A stretch of 64,000 nt of DNA from a virus. Below, piece after piece: positions 9,174-18,729 of this stretch (position 1 is its first letter; every line of letters begins with the position of its first letter). The stretch is from positions 91,224-155,223 of the IMG/VR virus record IMGVR_UViG_3300020057_000029. One strand, given 5' to 3'. The notes beneath the pieces were generated by a model. That model made no database searches. It saw only the letters and a list, made by a program, of their open reading frames with translations, and was not told the origin of the DNA. Both the position numbers and the translations under genes were made by a program.

Positions 9174-10946
9174 ATGTCATTTCGCAAGGCAAAAAGCGCA
9201 CCTAAAATTTTTGAAGTAAACCCTAGTAGGCTCAGGAATAAGGTTTTAAGCACTATGCACCGTGTTTCCGAAGCGGTTGGCTCAACTATGGGTCCAGGCG
9301 GTAGAAACGTATTGATTGAATCAGACTTTCCAGGTATTCCTAACAAAAACACCAAAGACGGAGTGACTGTTTTTAAGAGCCTTGGTGCTATTGACCCATA
9401 CGAACATCTTATCATAGAACAAGCCCGTGATGTGGCTCAACGTACTGCTACTGAAGCTGGCGATGGTACTACCACGGCAACCGTGCTCGCGTACAATATC
9501 ATCTCTAATTTATTCGAATTCTGTGAAAAAAACAAGAAGTACAGTCCTCAAAAAGCTGCTCGTCGCATCGCTAAAATAACACGCGAACGCCTTGTCCCTT
9601 ATATCAAAGAGCGCAGTATCCCTGTTGGAGTAGACAATCAAGAATTACTCAAAATGGTAGCCAAGGTATCCGCCAATGGCGATGAAGACATGGCGGCTGC
9701 TGTAATTAAGGCCTTTGAAGAAATTGGATACGGAGACGCCTCTCACGTAACAATCCGAGAACTATCAGGCCCTCAAGGCTATAAAGTCGAACGTATCGAC
9801 GGATTCCCCATTCCTGCTGGCTATGAAGAGTCTATTGGCAAATTTCACACTGCCTTTATTAATGACCAAGCAAATCAACGTTGTTTTCTTGAGAACCCCC
9901 TGTTTATCCTGTTTGACGGTCAGGTAAACGATCTCATGGCGTTCCACGATCTTCTAGACGTTCTTGGTAAAAAATACGTAGAAGACGGCGACAGTGATTA
10001 TAAAAACGTTGTAATCGTAGCTCATGGTTTTTCTGAAAACGTGCTCACAAATCTTGCTTTCAACTTCTCAAACCCCTCTACCCTGAACGTTGTGCCCCTG
10101 GTTACCCCAATGGCTCAATTCATCAATAGCCAGCTTCAGTTTCTGCAGGATTTAGCCGCTTTTACCGGCTCTCGCGTATTCGGCATGAAAGATCAGATCA
10201 ATACTGCTACTATTGCCGATTTAGGCGGCAGCATGGAATCTTTTGAGTGCTATCGTTTTCGCTCCACTGTGATTGGTGATCCAGACCCAACCAATATTGA
10301 GGTTCGTGCTGAAGAGCTTAGAATCATGAAAGATCGTTCTGAAAGTCAAGCTGAGAAGATCTTCTTAGAAGAGCGTATTGGTAAGATCACTAACGGTATT
10401 GCTAAATTAACCATTTACGGCGGATCTAACGGCGAGCTCAAAGAAGCGCACGATCGCTGCGAAGACGCGGTATGTGCGGTTCGTTCTGCAATTTCTCACG
10501 GTGCTCTACCAGGTGGATGTCGTATTGCCCTAGACATGACAATGCTGCTTATGACCGAACTAGAAGCAGGTGACCCAGCCCGTGACGTTTTAGTGCCTTC
10601 TTTGTTAAGCCTACATCACAAACTGCTCGACAATGCTGGATATACTCCAGCCGAATCTAAAGAAGTTTTGGAAATCCTTTTGAACGATCCTTCTATCGTA
10701 TATGACATTGAGAATCAGGTTTACGGTGACGCAAAAGAATTAGGCCTGTTCGATGCTACAAAGGCTGTACAAGAGTCCTTGTCAAACGCAGTATCTCTTG
10801 CGAATGTGCTTGGAACAATGGGCGGCTTAGTATGTCATCCTCGTGATGATGTTTTTGAACGGACAGAGGCTAGAGCAGATGCTGACTTTGGCCGTGTAAC
10901 CTCCAACCCAAATGCGTACGTTAATGAAGCTAATAATCGCCCATAA
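9174..10946 (+). CDS. groEL: GroEL-like chaperonin
   Basis: TMGPGGRNV, TKDGVTV, GDGTTTATVLA, RCEDA, PGGC; lacks the GGM tail; AGGAG RBS. Confidence 0.95.
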   Translation: MSFRKAKSAPKIFEVNPSRLRNKVLSTMHRVSEAVGSTMGPGGRNVLIESDFPGIPNKNTKDGVTVFKSLGAIDPYEHLIIEQARDVAQRTATEAGDGTTTATVLAYNIISNLFEFCEKNKKYSPQKAARRIAKITRERLVPYIKERSIPVGVDNQELLKMVAKVSANGDEDMAAAVIKAFEEIGYGDASHVTIRELSGPQGYKVERIDGFPIPAGYEESIGKFHTAFINDQANQRCFLENPLFILFDGQVNDLMAFHDLLDVLGKKYVEDGDSDYKNVVIVAHGFSENVLTNLAFNFSNPSTLNVVPLVTPMAQFINSQLQFLQDLAAFTGSRVFGMKDQINTATIADLGGSMESFECYRFRSTVIGDPDPTNIEVRAEELRIMKDRSESQAEKIFLEERIGKITNGIAKLTIYGGSNGELKEAHDRCEDAVCAVRSAISHGALPGGCRIALDMTMLLMTELEAGDPARDVLVPSLLSLHHKLLDNAGYTPAESKEVLEILLNDPSIVYDIENQVYGDAKELGLFDATKAVQESLSNAVSLANVLGTMGGLVCHPRDDVFERTEARADADFGRVTSNPNAYVNEANNRP

Positions 10947-10961
10947 TGATACAATTGATAA

Positions 10962-12395
10962 ATGAGCAAAAGGACAGACATACAGATAATTAGACAGTAT
11001 GTAGAGAAAAGAGGGTTTTCTCTATTGTCCAATTCTTACAAAAACAGAAAATCTGATCTTGATCTGCACTGCCCTGTTCATGGTAATTTTACCTCTACTT
11101 ATAGCAACATCATACGGACCAGTATATGTCCCAAATGCGGCTATAGTTTTGGTGGTAACAAACAATCTCTGTCTCTGGAACACGTCAGGTTAGAAATAGT
11201 CAAAATGGGCTATGTCCCATTGTTTGACTCCTACAAAAGGGCCAAAGACAAACTGGAGATATCGTGTTCTTCCCATGGCAAATTCTTTGCAAGCTACGAC
11301 GGCTTAAAACAAGGCAAAAGATGTCCAAAATGCAGTCTTATTTCTAAGACAAAAAACAACAGACTTGACATAGAAGAAGTAAAAAATAGAATAACAAAAG
11401 CTGGCTATTTGCCAAAATTTGAGTCTTACAGCGATTCTCAGTCGCTATTAAGCGTTGTGTGCCCTGTTCATGGCCCTTTCAAGGCGTCTTTAGAGAGATT
11501 TATGTATGGATACGGATGTCAAAAATGCTCTAAGGGAAGATCCAAATCTCAAGACGAGATGTTTGATTTTATACACAGTCTGAATGCAGACACTAAAGAA
11601 AATGTCAGAGACGTTATCGGCCCACTAGAGCTAGATGTCTATACGCCGTGCCTGAATTTGGCCATAGAATACTGTGGACTTTATTGGCATTCCGATCTGT
11701 ATAAAAATAGAAATTATCATTTCGACAAAATGACAATGACCAATACTGTAAATATTCGTCTCATAACAATTTTTGAAGATGAGTGGTTAGAACGCAAAGA
11801 TCAGGTAAAAGGATTTCTTCGATCTGTATTGAAAAAGAATAATAGAAAAATCTTTGCTAGAAAAACAAACCTTAAGCAAGTAGGAAAAGCAGAAGCTTGT
11901 AAGTTTCTTGAAGAAAATCATATTCAAGGGTCTTGCGGTCTAGAAGTCGCTTTTGGCTTGTACTGTAGGGATGAGCTTGTAGGCGTAGTCACTGGCAACA
12001 GGCATCACAGGAATATTAAAGCAAATCAGCTAGTGCTCAACAGACTAGCCTTTAAATCAGGCATTAGCGTGACCGGTGGTTCTTCCAAGCTTTTGAGAGC
12101 CCTAATGGAATACTCTAAAAACAATGATTATTCCAAAATAGTTTCTTGGTCTGATAACAGATGGTCCGAAGGCAATGTTTATAAAAAGCTAGGTTTTGAG
12201 TTAGAAGAAGAGTTAGCGCCAGACTATAGCTACGTGAAAAAATCAAAAAGAGTGTCTAAGCAGTCTATGACCAAGAACAAGTTGATTGAGCGGGGTGCCA
12301 TTGGTAATACTGAAAGAGAAATGGCTATCAATCTAGGCTATGGCAGAATTTGGGATTGTGGAAAGAAAAGGTGGGCTTTAAAGTTAAAAAGATGA
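10962..12395 (+). CDS. Hef-like free-standing homing endonuclease (Zn-ribbon repeats + PD-(D/E)xK/Vsr-like nuclease + GNAT/Mom-like C-domain)
   Basis: Three CxxHG...CxxC repeats; ELDVY...LAIEYCGLYWH; LNRLAF...GGSSKLL...SWSDNRWSEGNVYKKLGF; IWDCGK. Confidence 0.8.
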   Translation: MSKRTDIQIIRQYVEKRGFSLLSNSYKNRKSDLDLHCPVHGNFTSTYSNIIRTSICPKCGYSFGGNKQSLSLEHVRLEIVKMGYVPLFDSYKRAKDKLEISCSSHGKFFASYDGLKQGKRCPKCSLISKTKNNRLDIEEVKNRITKAGYLPKFESYSDSQSLLSVVCPVHGPFKASLERFMYGYGCQKCSKGRSKSQDEMFDFIHSLNADTKENVRDVIGPLELDVYTPCLNLAIEYCGLYWHSDLYKNRNYHFDKMTMTNTVNIRLITIFEDEWLERKDQVKGFLRSVLKKNNRKIFARKTNLKQVGKAEACKFLEENHIQGSCGLEVAFGLYCRDELVGVVTGNRHHRNIKANQLVLNRLAFKSGISVTGGSSKLLRALMEYSKNNDYSKIVSWSDNRWSEGNVYKKLGFELEEELAPDYSYVKKSKRVSKQSMTKNKLIERGAIGNTEREMAINLGYGRIWDCGKKRWALKLKR

Positions 12396-12397
12396 AC

Positions 12398-12410
12398 CAC
12401 GTATGATATA
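12398..12410 (+). promoter_or_regulatory. extended -10-type promoter upstream of the terminase
   Basis: CACGTATGATATA, identical to the groEL site. Confidence 0.6.
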
Positions 12411-12504
12411 ACCTAGATAACATCCCTGCTTTCTTTGATCTGATTGGTAAGCTTCAATGATTCATGACGAAAAACCTCTTTTAGAATATCGCAACAAATG
12501 GAGA

Positions 12505-12556
12505 ACGCAATTCCTCCCCATGCCTAATGAGCGGGGTTTCCTTGCGTGAAAATTAA
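12505..12556 (+). mobile_element. IS200/IS605 (IscB-type) transposon end remnant
   Basis: Hairpin ACGCAATTCCTCCCC...GGGGTTTCCTTGCGT; 27/28 nt identical to an inverted copy at 51604-51631; followed by ATGA. Confidence 0.6.
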
Positions 12557-13366
12557 ATGATCAATTTTAAAGACTTACCTCCTGAAGAGAAAAAAGCCTT
12601 AGCGGAAGAAATGTTCAAACCTCTTGAGTCAGCTGACAAACTAAGAGAATGGATCGTATTCTTCTTTGGTCTTGACATGCCAATTGGACATATTGATCCA
12701 GATTCGAATTCCAGTCCAATTGAGGCAATGTGGGAGATCTACTCCTGTATTAAAGAAAATAAAGGTGAAGATAATCCTGGTTACATCATGCTTTCGGCGC
12801 GGGAAGGTTATAAAACGCTTTCTGCCTCCATTCTAGAAACCCTTCTTTTGGTACATTTCAGACTAACCATCGCTCACCTGGCAGCGATTCAGGCCCAGTC
12901 TGCTAAGGCTATTCAGTATATCAATTTCTTTTTCAACAAAATCCAACCTCTTTTGGAAGTATCGGGTTGGTCTAAAACCAGTGAAAACAAGAGTAAGGTA
13001 AGCTTTCGTACAAAAGAAGGCGATGACGCTTACATTCGCGTAATTGTGGCCACGATGGCTGGCGCTAACTGTATAGATCCTGCTATGGTGCTTGATACAG
13101 ACAGGGGCAATATTTCCGCTCAAGAAGTATATGATTTGGTCAGAAACAATGAATGCGTAATGGTCCTGTCTTTTAACCATAAAACAAATGAGTTGGAATA
13201 TAAAGAAGTCACCCACACATTCGACTCTATCAAAACTTTAGTCACGATAGAATTAGAAAATGGGTCAATTATCAAATGTTCTCCTGAACACAGGTTTTAC
13301 ATAGAAGGCAAGGGCTATATGGAGGCCAAGGATTTGACTGAAGAGGATTATTTAAGTGTCAAATAG
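12557..13366 (+). CDS. terL: terminase large subunit N-fragment fused to split-intein N-half
   Basis: Walker A-like SAREGYKT; intein block A CIDPAMVL at 13070, block B IKCSPEHRFY; ends EAKDLTEEDYL then stop. Confidence 0.88.
   Translation: MINFKDLPPEEKKALAEEMFKPLESADKLREWIVFFFGLDMPIGHIDPDSNSSPIEAMWEIYSCIKENKGEDNPGYIMLSAREGYKTLSASILETLLLVHFRLTIAHLAAIQAQSAKAIQYINFFFNKIQPLLEVSGWSKTSENKSKVSFRTKEGDDAYIRVIVATMAGANCIDPAMVLDTDRGNISAQEVYDLVRNNECVMVLSFNHKTNELEYKEVTHTFDSIKTLVTIELENGSIIKCSPEHRFYIEGKGYMEAKDLTEEDYLSVK
13070..13363 (+). mobile_element. split intein N-half (98 aa)
   Basis: Cys1; block B His; typical IntN C-terminal EAKDL motif. Confidence 0.88.
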
Positions 13367-13542
13367 ACCGACAAGACATGACCTAGAGTTTGCGAGGGCG
13401 TCGGTGCGCAAAACAGTCTTGTAAGAAAAAGAGCTTGCTGATCAAAGGCGCTACAGGAAACACAGGGACAGAGATGGCCTTATCTTTAGGGTATGACCGC
13501 ATCTGGGACTGTGGAAAAATAAGATGGGAGATTTTCTTGTGA
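13356..13542 (+). pseudogene. internally deleted Hef-like endonuclease relic between the intein halves
   Basis: 13411-13542 reads KQSCKKKSLLIKGATGNTGTEMALSLGYDRIWDCGKIRWEIFL*, closely matching the C-termini of the 10962 and 28523 genes; probable old start GTG at 13356 with GAGGA RBS. Confidence 0.85.
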
Positions 13543-13652
13543 AAAAAGTAAAGATAAAAAGTATTAAAAGGTCAAACGTAGAGGTTCCAATGTTGGACTT
13601 TACCGTTGCTGATAACCACAACTACTTTGTGGAGCAGGCGCTTACTCACAAT
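13539..13652 (+). mobile_element. split intein C-half (38 aa)
   Basis: Basic N-terminus, block F DFTVADNHNYF, terminal HN followed by Ser+1. Confidence 0.88.
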
Positions 13653-15005
13653 TCTGAGCATACAAACATGATGTTCGTAGACGAAATCGACGTGGTGGCA
13701 AATCCTCAAGCCTATGAAGAGGCTAAGCTCATTCCTGGTTATGCTAAGGGATTACATCCGGTTACCGTGAAGCTATCTACTCGTAAATTTGCATTTGGAC
13801 TCATGCAGAAGGAACTTGACCTGGCTCCAATATCAGGTGATAAGATTCTTAGGTGGAATCTTTTAGATGTTACGGAGCGTTGCCCTGATAGTCGCCATAG
13901 GCCAAATGAGCCAAAAGAAGACCGGTATGTAGCAAAAGCCTTGCCTCTAAAACAGATGAGTGTAGAAGACTACTCAGATCTACAAGATGTGGAAAAGGAC
14001 AAGTTCGACCTCATTCCGCAAGCCCATGCTGGATGCTCCAGTTGCAAACTCTTGCCGGTATGCAAGACCAGGCTAGCAGCTCGTCCAGCCAATGATGTTG
14101 GCGGCTTGTTTAAGCCCGTAGGCGCTGTGATTAACACTTTTAAGAAGACCGGCCCTGATCGCGCAGAGGCACAGCTTCTTTGCTGGAAGCCATCCACTAA
14201 AGGAATGGTGTACCCTCGCTTTGAGTCCACACTCGATACCGGCAACGTGATCAGTCTTGAAAAAGCCTGGGAAACCCTTGTTGGTGATCCTCCTCATAAA
14301 AAGAAGATTTCAGAAGCCGATCTTCTTTGGAAGATGCAGCAGCTTGGAATTGCATTCTACGCTGGAGTGGACTGGGGTTATACTCACGATTTCGTAATCG
14401 TTGTTTTTGCCATAATCCCTAATGGTGAAATATGGATTGTAGACTGTTATTCAATGGCCGGTCTAGAATTTTCTGACATCTTGGAAATCGCTAAAGACTA
14501 TCGCGATAAGTACCGTATGGATAAATGGTGGTGTGACCAGGCTATGCCTGCGAATATCAAATCTTTTAACAAGAACCATATGAAATCTCCTTCTTTCACC
14601 AAAGATGTTATGGGTGGAATTGAATCTTTGCGTTCTAAGATCTTAGATGGTAACAGCAGGCGTTTGCTTAAGGTTTTTAATACGGAAAACTGTGAAAAAG
14701 TAATTACAGCCTTTCAAAAACACCATTTCAAGCTAGACAGTGCGGGTAACCCTTCTCTTATCCCAGATGATACCCCTGGGGTCGCAGATAGCGCCGATGC
14801 TATGCGTTACGTTGGCCAAAACATGTTTCCTATCCGTGGACCCCAGAAACCCAGTATGGCCGCTGACGCTACTGGGAATACTGCTGTAATGGTTCAGAAT
14901 GTCGAAAATTCCGAGCTGATGAAGCAGGAGCTATTAAACAGGTTAGAGGGAACAGCTTTTAAGGGCGGGACGGGCAAAAAAGGTGGGTTTCATTTTAACT
15001 TCTGA
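13539..15005 (+). CDS. terL: split-intein C-half fused to terminase large subunit C-fragment (Walker B + RNase H-like nuclease)
   Basis: GTG at 13539 with GGGAG RBS; IntC KKVKIKSIKR...LDFTVADNHNYF...THN|S; then MFVDEID, AGVDWGY, DSADAMRY. Confidence 0.88.
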   Translation: MKKVKIKSIKRSNVEVPMLDFTVADNHNYFVEQALTHNSEHTNMMFVDEIDVVANPQAYEEAKLIPGYAKGLHPVTVKLSTRKFAFGLMQKELDLAPISGDKILRWNLLDVTERCPDSRHRPNEPKEDRYVAKALPLKQMSVEDYSDLQDVEKDKFDLIPQAHAGCSSCKLLPVCKTRLAARPANDVGGLFKPVGAVINTFKKTGPDRAEAQLLCWKPSTKGMVYPRFESTLDTGNVISLEKAWETLVGDPPHKKKISEADLLWKMQQLGIAFYAGVDWGYTHDFVIVVFAIIPNGEIWIVDCYSMAGLEFSDILEIAKDYRDKYRMDKWWCDQAMPANIKSFNKNHMKSPSFTKDVMGGIESLRSKILDGNSRRLLKVFNTENCEKVITAFQKHHFKLDSAGNPSLIPDDTPGVADSADAMRYVGQNMFPIRGPQKPSMAADATGNTAVMVQNVENSELMKQELLNRLEGTAFKGGTGKKGGFHFNF

Positions 15006-15007
15006 CG

Positions 15008-15015
15008 CAATCTTA
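15008..15015 (+). promoter_or_regulatory. late promoter box YAATCTTW
   Basis: CAATCTTA; recurs upstream of 11 late genes. Confidence 0.7.
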
Positions 15016-15043
15016 ACTGTAATAGCTTATAGGAGGCTTTCGA

Positions 15044-15988
15044 GTGTCTAAATTTAATTTATTATTCTTTCTCAATGCTTACAAAGACGCTGCCTCTACA
15101 AACCAGCCAAATTTCCAGAACTTCAAATGGAGTAGGGAAATCAATGGCCTATCAGCATCAAAGCCTTTAAGTCAAGAATTAAGCCTAGCTCCAGGTGAGT
15201 CTAAGACCGTCTTTGATGGCACCAGAGCTTTGTCCCAGGACGGCAGCACTGTCTACTCTTTGGCCTTAAAAGTCGGCGCATCCTCTATTTATGTTCTTAA
15301 GCACATTTCTGGCACTGCACCTGCTTTTCGTACAGCTCGCAGCTCAGCAGCTGACGCTACAACTCAAATAACAGTGACTCAAAACGGTCCACTATTGATT
15401 TTTACATCGACTGGTGGCACAGCCCTTAGCCTGATCGCTGGCGGCGCTGTGGTTGGCGACTACGTTCGTCTAGGCAGCCTTTTTGATGTCAACAACCAAG
15501 GCGAATGGAAAATATTAGCCTTAACAGCCACCAGTCTTACTGTAAAAAATGATATTGGTGTTGCTCAGGGGCCAATCACTCTTGCTGCTGGTTTTGATGA
15601 TCAGCTTCGTGTTTACGGGGCCTTGGGCGTACAGGTAGATGACACCCTCAATATCACTGGTGGATTTTCAATTATAAGCCGCGATGCTTATAAGATCACT
15701 GCCGTTTCTGACAATCTTGTAGAATTTTCCAGTCTTGAGGTCTTGCCAACAGAAGCAAGTGTGACCACCAATGCTCTAGCTATTTACTCCGCTGCTAAGC
15801 AATTTGTATATTTAGAAACATCTGAAAAGGTTTCTCTAATTATCAACGGGATAGCAACAGGAGATGTTGAACCTTTCTTGGTAGGTAATAAGCCTGGTAT
15901 TTTTGTTAAAACCGCAACAATGTGGTCTTTGGCTATCACAAATCAAAGCACTGATCCAGCATCTGTTTACGTTGCTGCAATTGAATAG
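15044..15988 (+). CDS. putative virion structural protein (beta-rich)
   Basis: AGGAGG RBS, late box, between terminase and portal. Confidence 0.7.
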   Translation: MSKFNLLFFLNAYKDAASTNQPNFQNFKWSREINGLSASKPLSQELSLAPGESKTVFDGTRALSQDGSTVYSLALKVGASSIYVLKHISGTAPAFRTARSSAADATTQITVTQNGPLLIFTSTGGTALSLIAGGAVVGDYVRLGSLFDVNNQGEWKILALTATSLTVKNDIGVAQGPITLAAGFDDQLRVYGALGVQVDDTLNITGGFSIISRDAYKITAVSDNLVEFSSLEVLPTEASVTTNALAIYSAAKQFVYLETSEKVSLIINGIATGDVEPFLVGNKPGIFVKTATMWSLAITNQSTDPASVYVAAIE

Positions 15989-16027
15989 TTTGGTCAAAAG
16001 CGACATGATTACGATATAAGGTAGAAT

Positions 16028-17899
16028 ATGGACAATGACAACAAAACTCCAGACCAAATAGAAGCTGCAATTGTTGCTTTGCAATCTGCTGTAGCCTCAG
16101 TCGATTCTAAAAAGAAGATGTTGTTTACCGTTTCTGATACAGAAGAGGCTACCCTTGCCAAGGGTGGCTATGAAAGCTCTAGCCCCATATCGCCCTTGCT
16201 TGCTGCTATTAAAAGTGCTTCTGGTTCTGCAAGCAGGAAAGCCCCTCGTTTAGCTTTTACTGAAAACCCAGCACCTTCTGACAATTATCTTGGTCTGTTC
16301 AAATCCAAGCGCAGGCTGGTGCCTGATGAGATTTTAAAACAAATTCGCGTAACCGATCACTTGATCGCTGCTATCCTACGTGCTCGCGGCAACATGATGA
16401 GCCTATTTGGCCATCCTCGTAAAAACAGATTTGATATAGGAATGGAAATCGCTATTAAACAGGAGTTTGAAAAAGTCTTTACTCCAGAGCAATTGGCCAA
16501 AGTACGAATGCGTATCAAGAATCTTGAGGCAGTACTCGTCAACTGTGGACACACAGAAGGTCTTGAACAACAAGATAGGACCACATTAGCTGATTTTATA
16601 GATATTCAAGCTCGCAATGGATTGACATTTGGTCGTTTTGCTACTGAGATTATTTATGATCGCGGAGAAGAACCAGGCTCTGATGGTCGTTTTCCATTTT
16701 TCCGGTTTCGCGCTCTAGACGTTGCTACTATTTATCGCGCTGTTCGCAAGGGTGAAATGCTAGGAAACACACTGCGCCTAACCGCAATCAAAGCTCTTCA
16801 GTCCTTGACTGGTGAGAACTTTAAGATTGACTTTGACAGGCTTCAAGAAGACGAATATGCTTGGCTACAGGTAATTGAGGGAACCCCTCGTCAAGCCTTT
16901 ACGCATGATGAGATGATTGTTTACAATCTTTACGATTCTACCGATATCGAACACAATGGCTATCCAGTATCGCCAATGGATACTGCGATCAGTTCTATTA
17001 CTACCCATATTTCTATCGATGCCTATAAAAAGCTCTATTTTCAAAACGGTCGTGCCTCTAAGGGTATGCTTGTGATCAAATCTGATGAAGTAGATCAGGC
17101 TACACTTGACAACATGAAGCTTCAGTTCAACGCTTCTATTAATAGCGTAAGTAATTCTTTCCGTACTCCTATTTTTGGTATTGGAAAAGAAGACCAAGTT
17201 GACTGGTTGGCGATGAATGAGGGCGCTCGTGACGACGACTTCCAGTTCATGTACGATCAGATTGCTCGTAACATTCTTTCTGCTTTCAATATGTCTCCTG
17301 ACGAGCTTCCTGGCTACTCACACCTTTCTCGTGGTACTAACTCGCAGACCCTATCTGAATCAAATAACGAATTCAAGCTTACCGCTGCTCGTGATACTGG
17401 TCTACGTCCTTTAATCTTGAAGTTCCAGACCTTCTTTAACGAAAAGCTTCTTCCTTTGATTGACCCTTTGCTTGCAAAAATTGCAGAGGTTAGGTTCGCT
17501 GGCATTGATGCTCAGTCCAAAGAGCAAGAGTCTACTCGATTACAGCAAGACATGGCTGTACACATGAATTACGACCAGACCTTAAAAGAAGTAGATAAAG
17601 AGCCTATCGGACACACTCTTGGTGGCGAATTCCCTTTTAATGAGCGTTGGCAGATTATTATAGACAAGTACATGAACGTTTCTGAGCTTAGGGCTCAGTT
17701 CTTCAAAGATCCTACTGCTTACGTAGATCCCTTGCTACAATATAAAAGAGATCCCTTTTTTCTACAGAATCTACAATTGTTAGCCCAAGTAAACCCACTT
17801 GCCCTAAAAGCTTTTTATGCGACTAAGCCTTTTGCCCTAGAATTCTTAAAAATGAACATCGAAGACGCCTTAGAAGAAGACGAAAACGTAGGAACCTAA
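16028..17899 (+). CDS. portal protein
   Basis: YFQNGRASKGML, NSFRTPI, DFQFMYDQIARNILSAFNMSPDEL, GLRPL motifs of Twort/SPO1-type portals; position. Confidence 0.88.
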   Translation: MDNDNKTPDQIEAAIVALQSAVASVDSKKKMLFTVSDTEEATLAKGGYESSSPISPLLAAIKSASGSASRKAPRLAFTENPAPSDNYLGLFKSKRRLVPDEILKQIRVTDHLIAAILRARGNMMSLFGHPRKNRFDIGMEIAIKQEFEKVFTPEQLAKVRMRIKNLEAVLVNCGHTEGLEQQDRTTLADFIDIQARNGLTFGRFATEIIYDRGEEPGSDGRFPFFRFRALDVATIYRAVRKGEMLGNTLRLTAIKALQSLTGENFKIDFDRLQEDEYAWLQVIEGTPRQAFTHDEMIVYNLYDSTDIEHNGYPVSPMDTAISSITTHISIDAYKKLYFQNGRASKGMLVIKSDEVDQATLDNMKLQFNASINSVSNSFRTPIFGIGKEDQVDWLAMNEGARDDDFQFMYDQIARNILSAFNMSPDELPGYSHLSRGTNSQTLSESNNEFKLTAARDTGLRPLILKFQTFFNEKLLPLIDPLLAKIAEVRFAGIDAQSKEQESTRLQQDMAVHMNYDQTLKEVDKEPIGHTLGGEFPFNERWQIIIDKYMNVSELRAQFFKDPTAYVDPLLQYKRDPFFLQNLQLLAQVNPLALKAFYATKPFALEFLKMNIEDALEEDENVGT

Positions 17900-17900
17900 T

Positions 17901-18680
17901 ATGAGTGAAATCAATTACAAAGTAAAATACGAACAGATTAAGCTTAAGTTCATGAGCTCCGTAGATATGGCCTTCCGTCTTGGTTATGAAAATGGCCAAA
18001 AAGATTCTCAGACGGAAATGGCTGCTGGACAACAGCAAGCCGCTGAACAACAGGCTCAACAACAATCTAACGCTGAGGCAAATGGTTTTGGTGGCGGCGA
18101 GGGCGATGATTCCGATTCCGATGGAGATGGAATGGGCGATGCTCTTCCTGGTCAATCTGGGATGCCTGGTGAAGGCGACAGTGAAGACCCTAACCAAGAC
18201 CCCAATATGGGCGGTGCTGGACAGCCTGGACAGCCTGGACTAGATGGTTCTGAAGCTGATCCTGAAGCTGCTCCAGTTGATGGTTCTGAGCTGGATTCTC
18301 ACATTTCTCAACTCGAACAGATGACTATGGGAAAATCTGAAGTATCCGTAGAACAGCTCAAGAAATCTTTGATTGGAATCAAACGTTTCAAAGAGGCTCG
18401 CGACCTTCACAAGTCTATGAATGCCATCAAACAGATCGGCAATACCATGAAAAAATCTACAAAAAAACATGCTAAGAAAATGAGCGGTTTAAAACCCACA
18501 TTTAACGTAAACGCTAACAAACAAGCGGCTGCAAATCTTACCGACAAAGATAAAGCGGCAATCAATGGTCAAGAAAAAATCGTAGCAGATATCATGAAAT
18601 CTTGGGATGAACAAGACAAGAAATCTACCAAGAAGATCACTGACATCCTCAATATCGAAGGTTTGACAAAAAAAGAATAA
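17901..18680 (+). CDS. putative head-internal protein (acidic linker, K|S motifs)
   Basis: Follows portal; MGKSE, LKKS, LHKS, MKKS. Confidence 0.6.
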   Translation: MSEINYKVKYEQIKLKFMSSVDMAFRLGYENGQKDSQTEMAAGQQQAAEQQAQQQSNAEANGFGGGEGDDSDSDGDGMGDALPGQSGMPGEGDSEDPNQDPNMGGAGQPGQPGLDGSEADPEAAPVDGSELDSHISQLEQMTMGKSEVSVEQLKKSLIGIKRFKEARDLHKSMNAIKQIGNTMKKSTKKHAKKMSGLKPTFNVNANKQAAANLTDKDKAAINGQEKIVADIMKSWDEQDKKSTKKITDILNIEGLTKKE

Positions 18681-18729
18681 AACCTGCAAATATCTGGATC
18701 AAAGAAAACAGGTCTAAAGGCAATAGGAT

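Noticed and set aside
13367-13538. Group I intron or simple pseudogenisation of the terminase
   Set aside because: Both flanks carry complete intein halves, the spacer is an endonuclease relic, and the C-half has its own RBS
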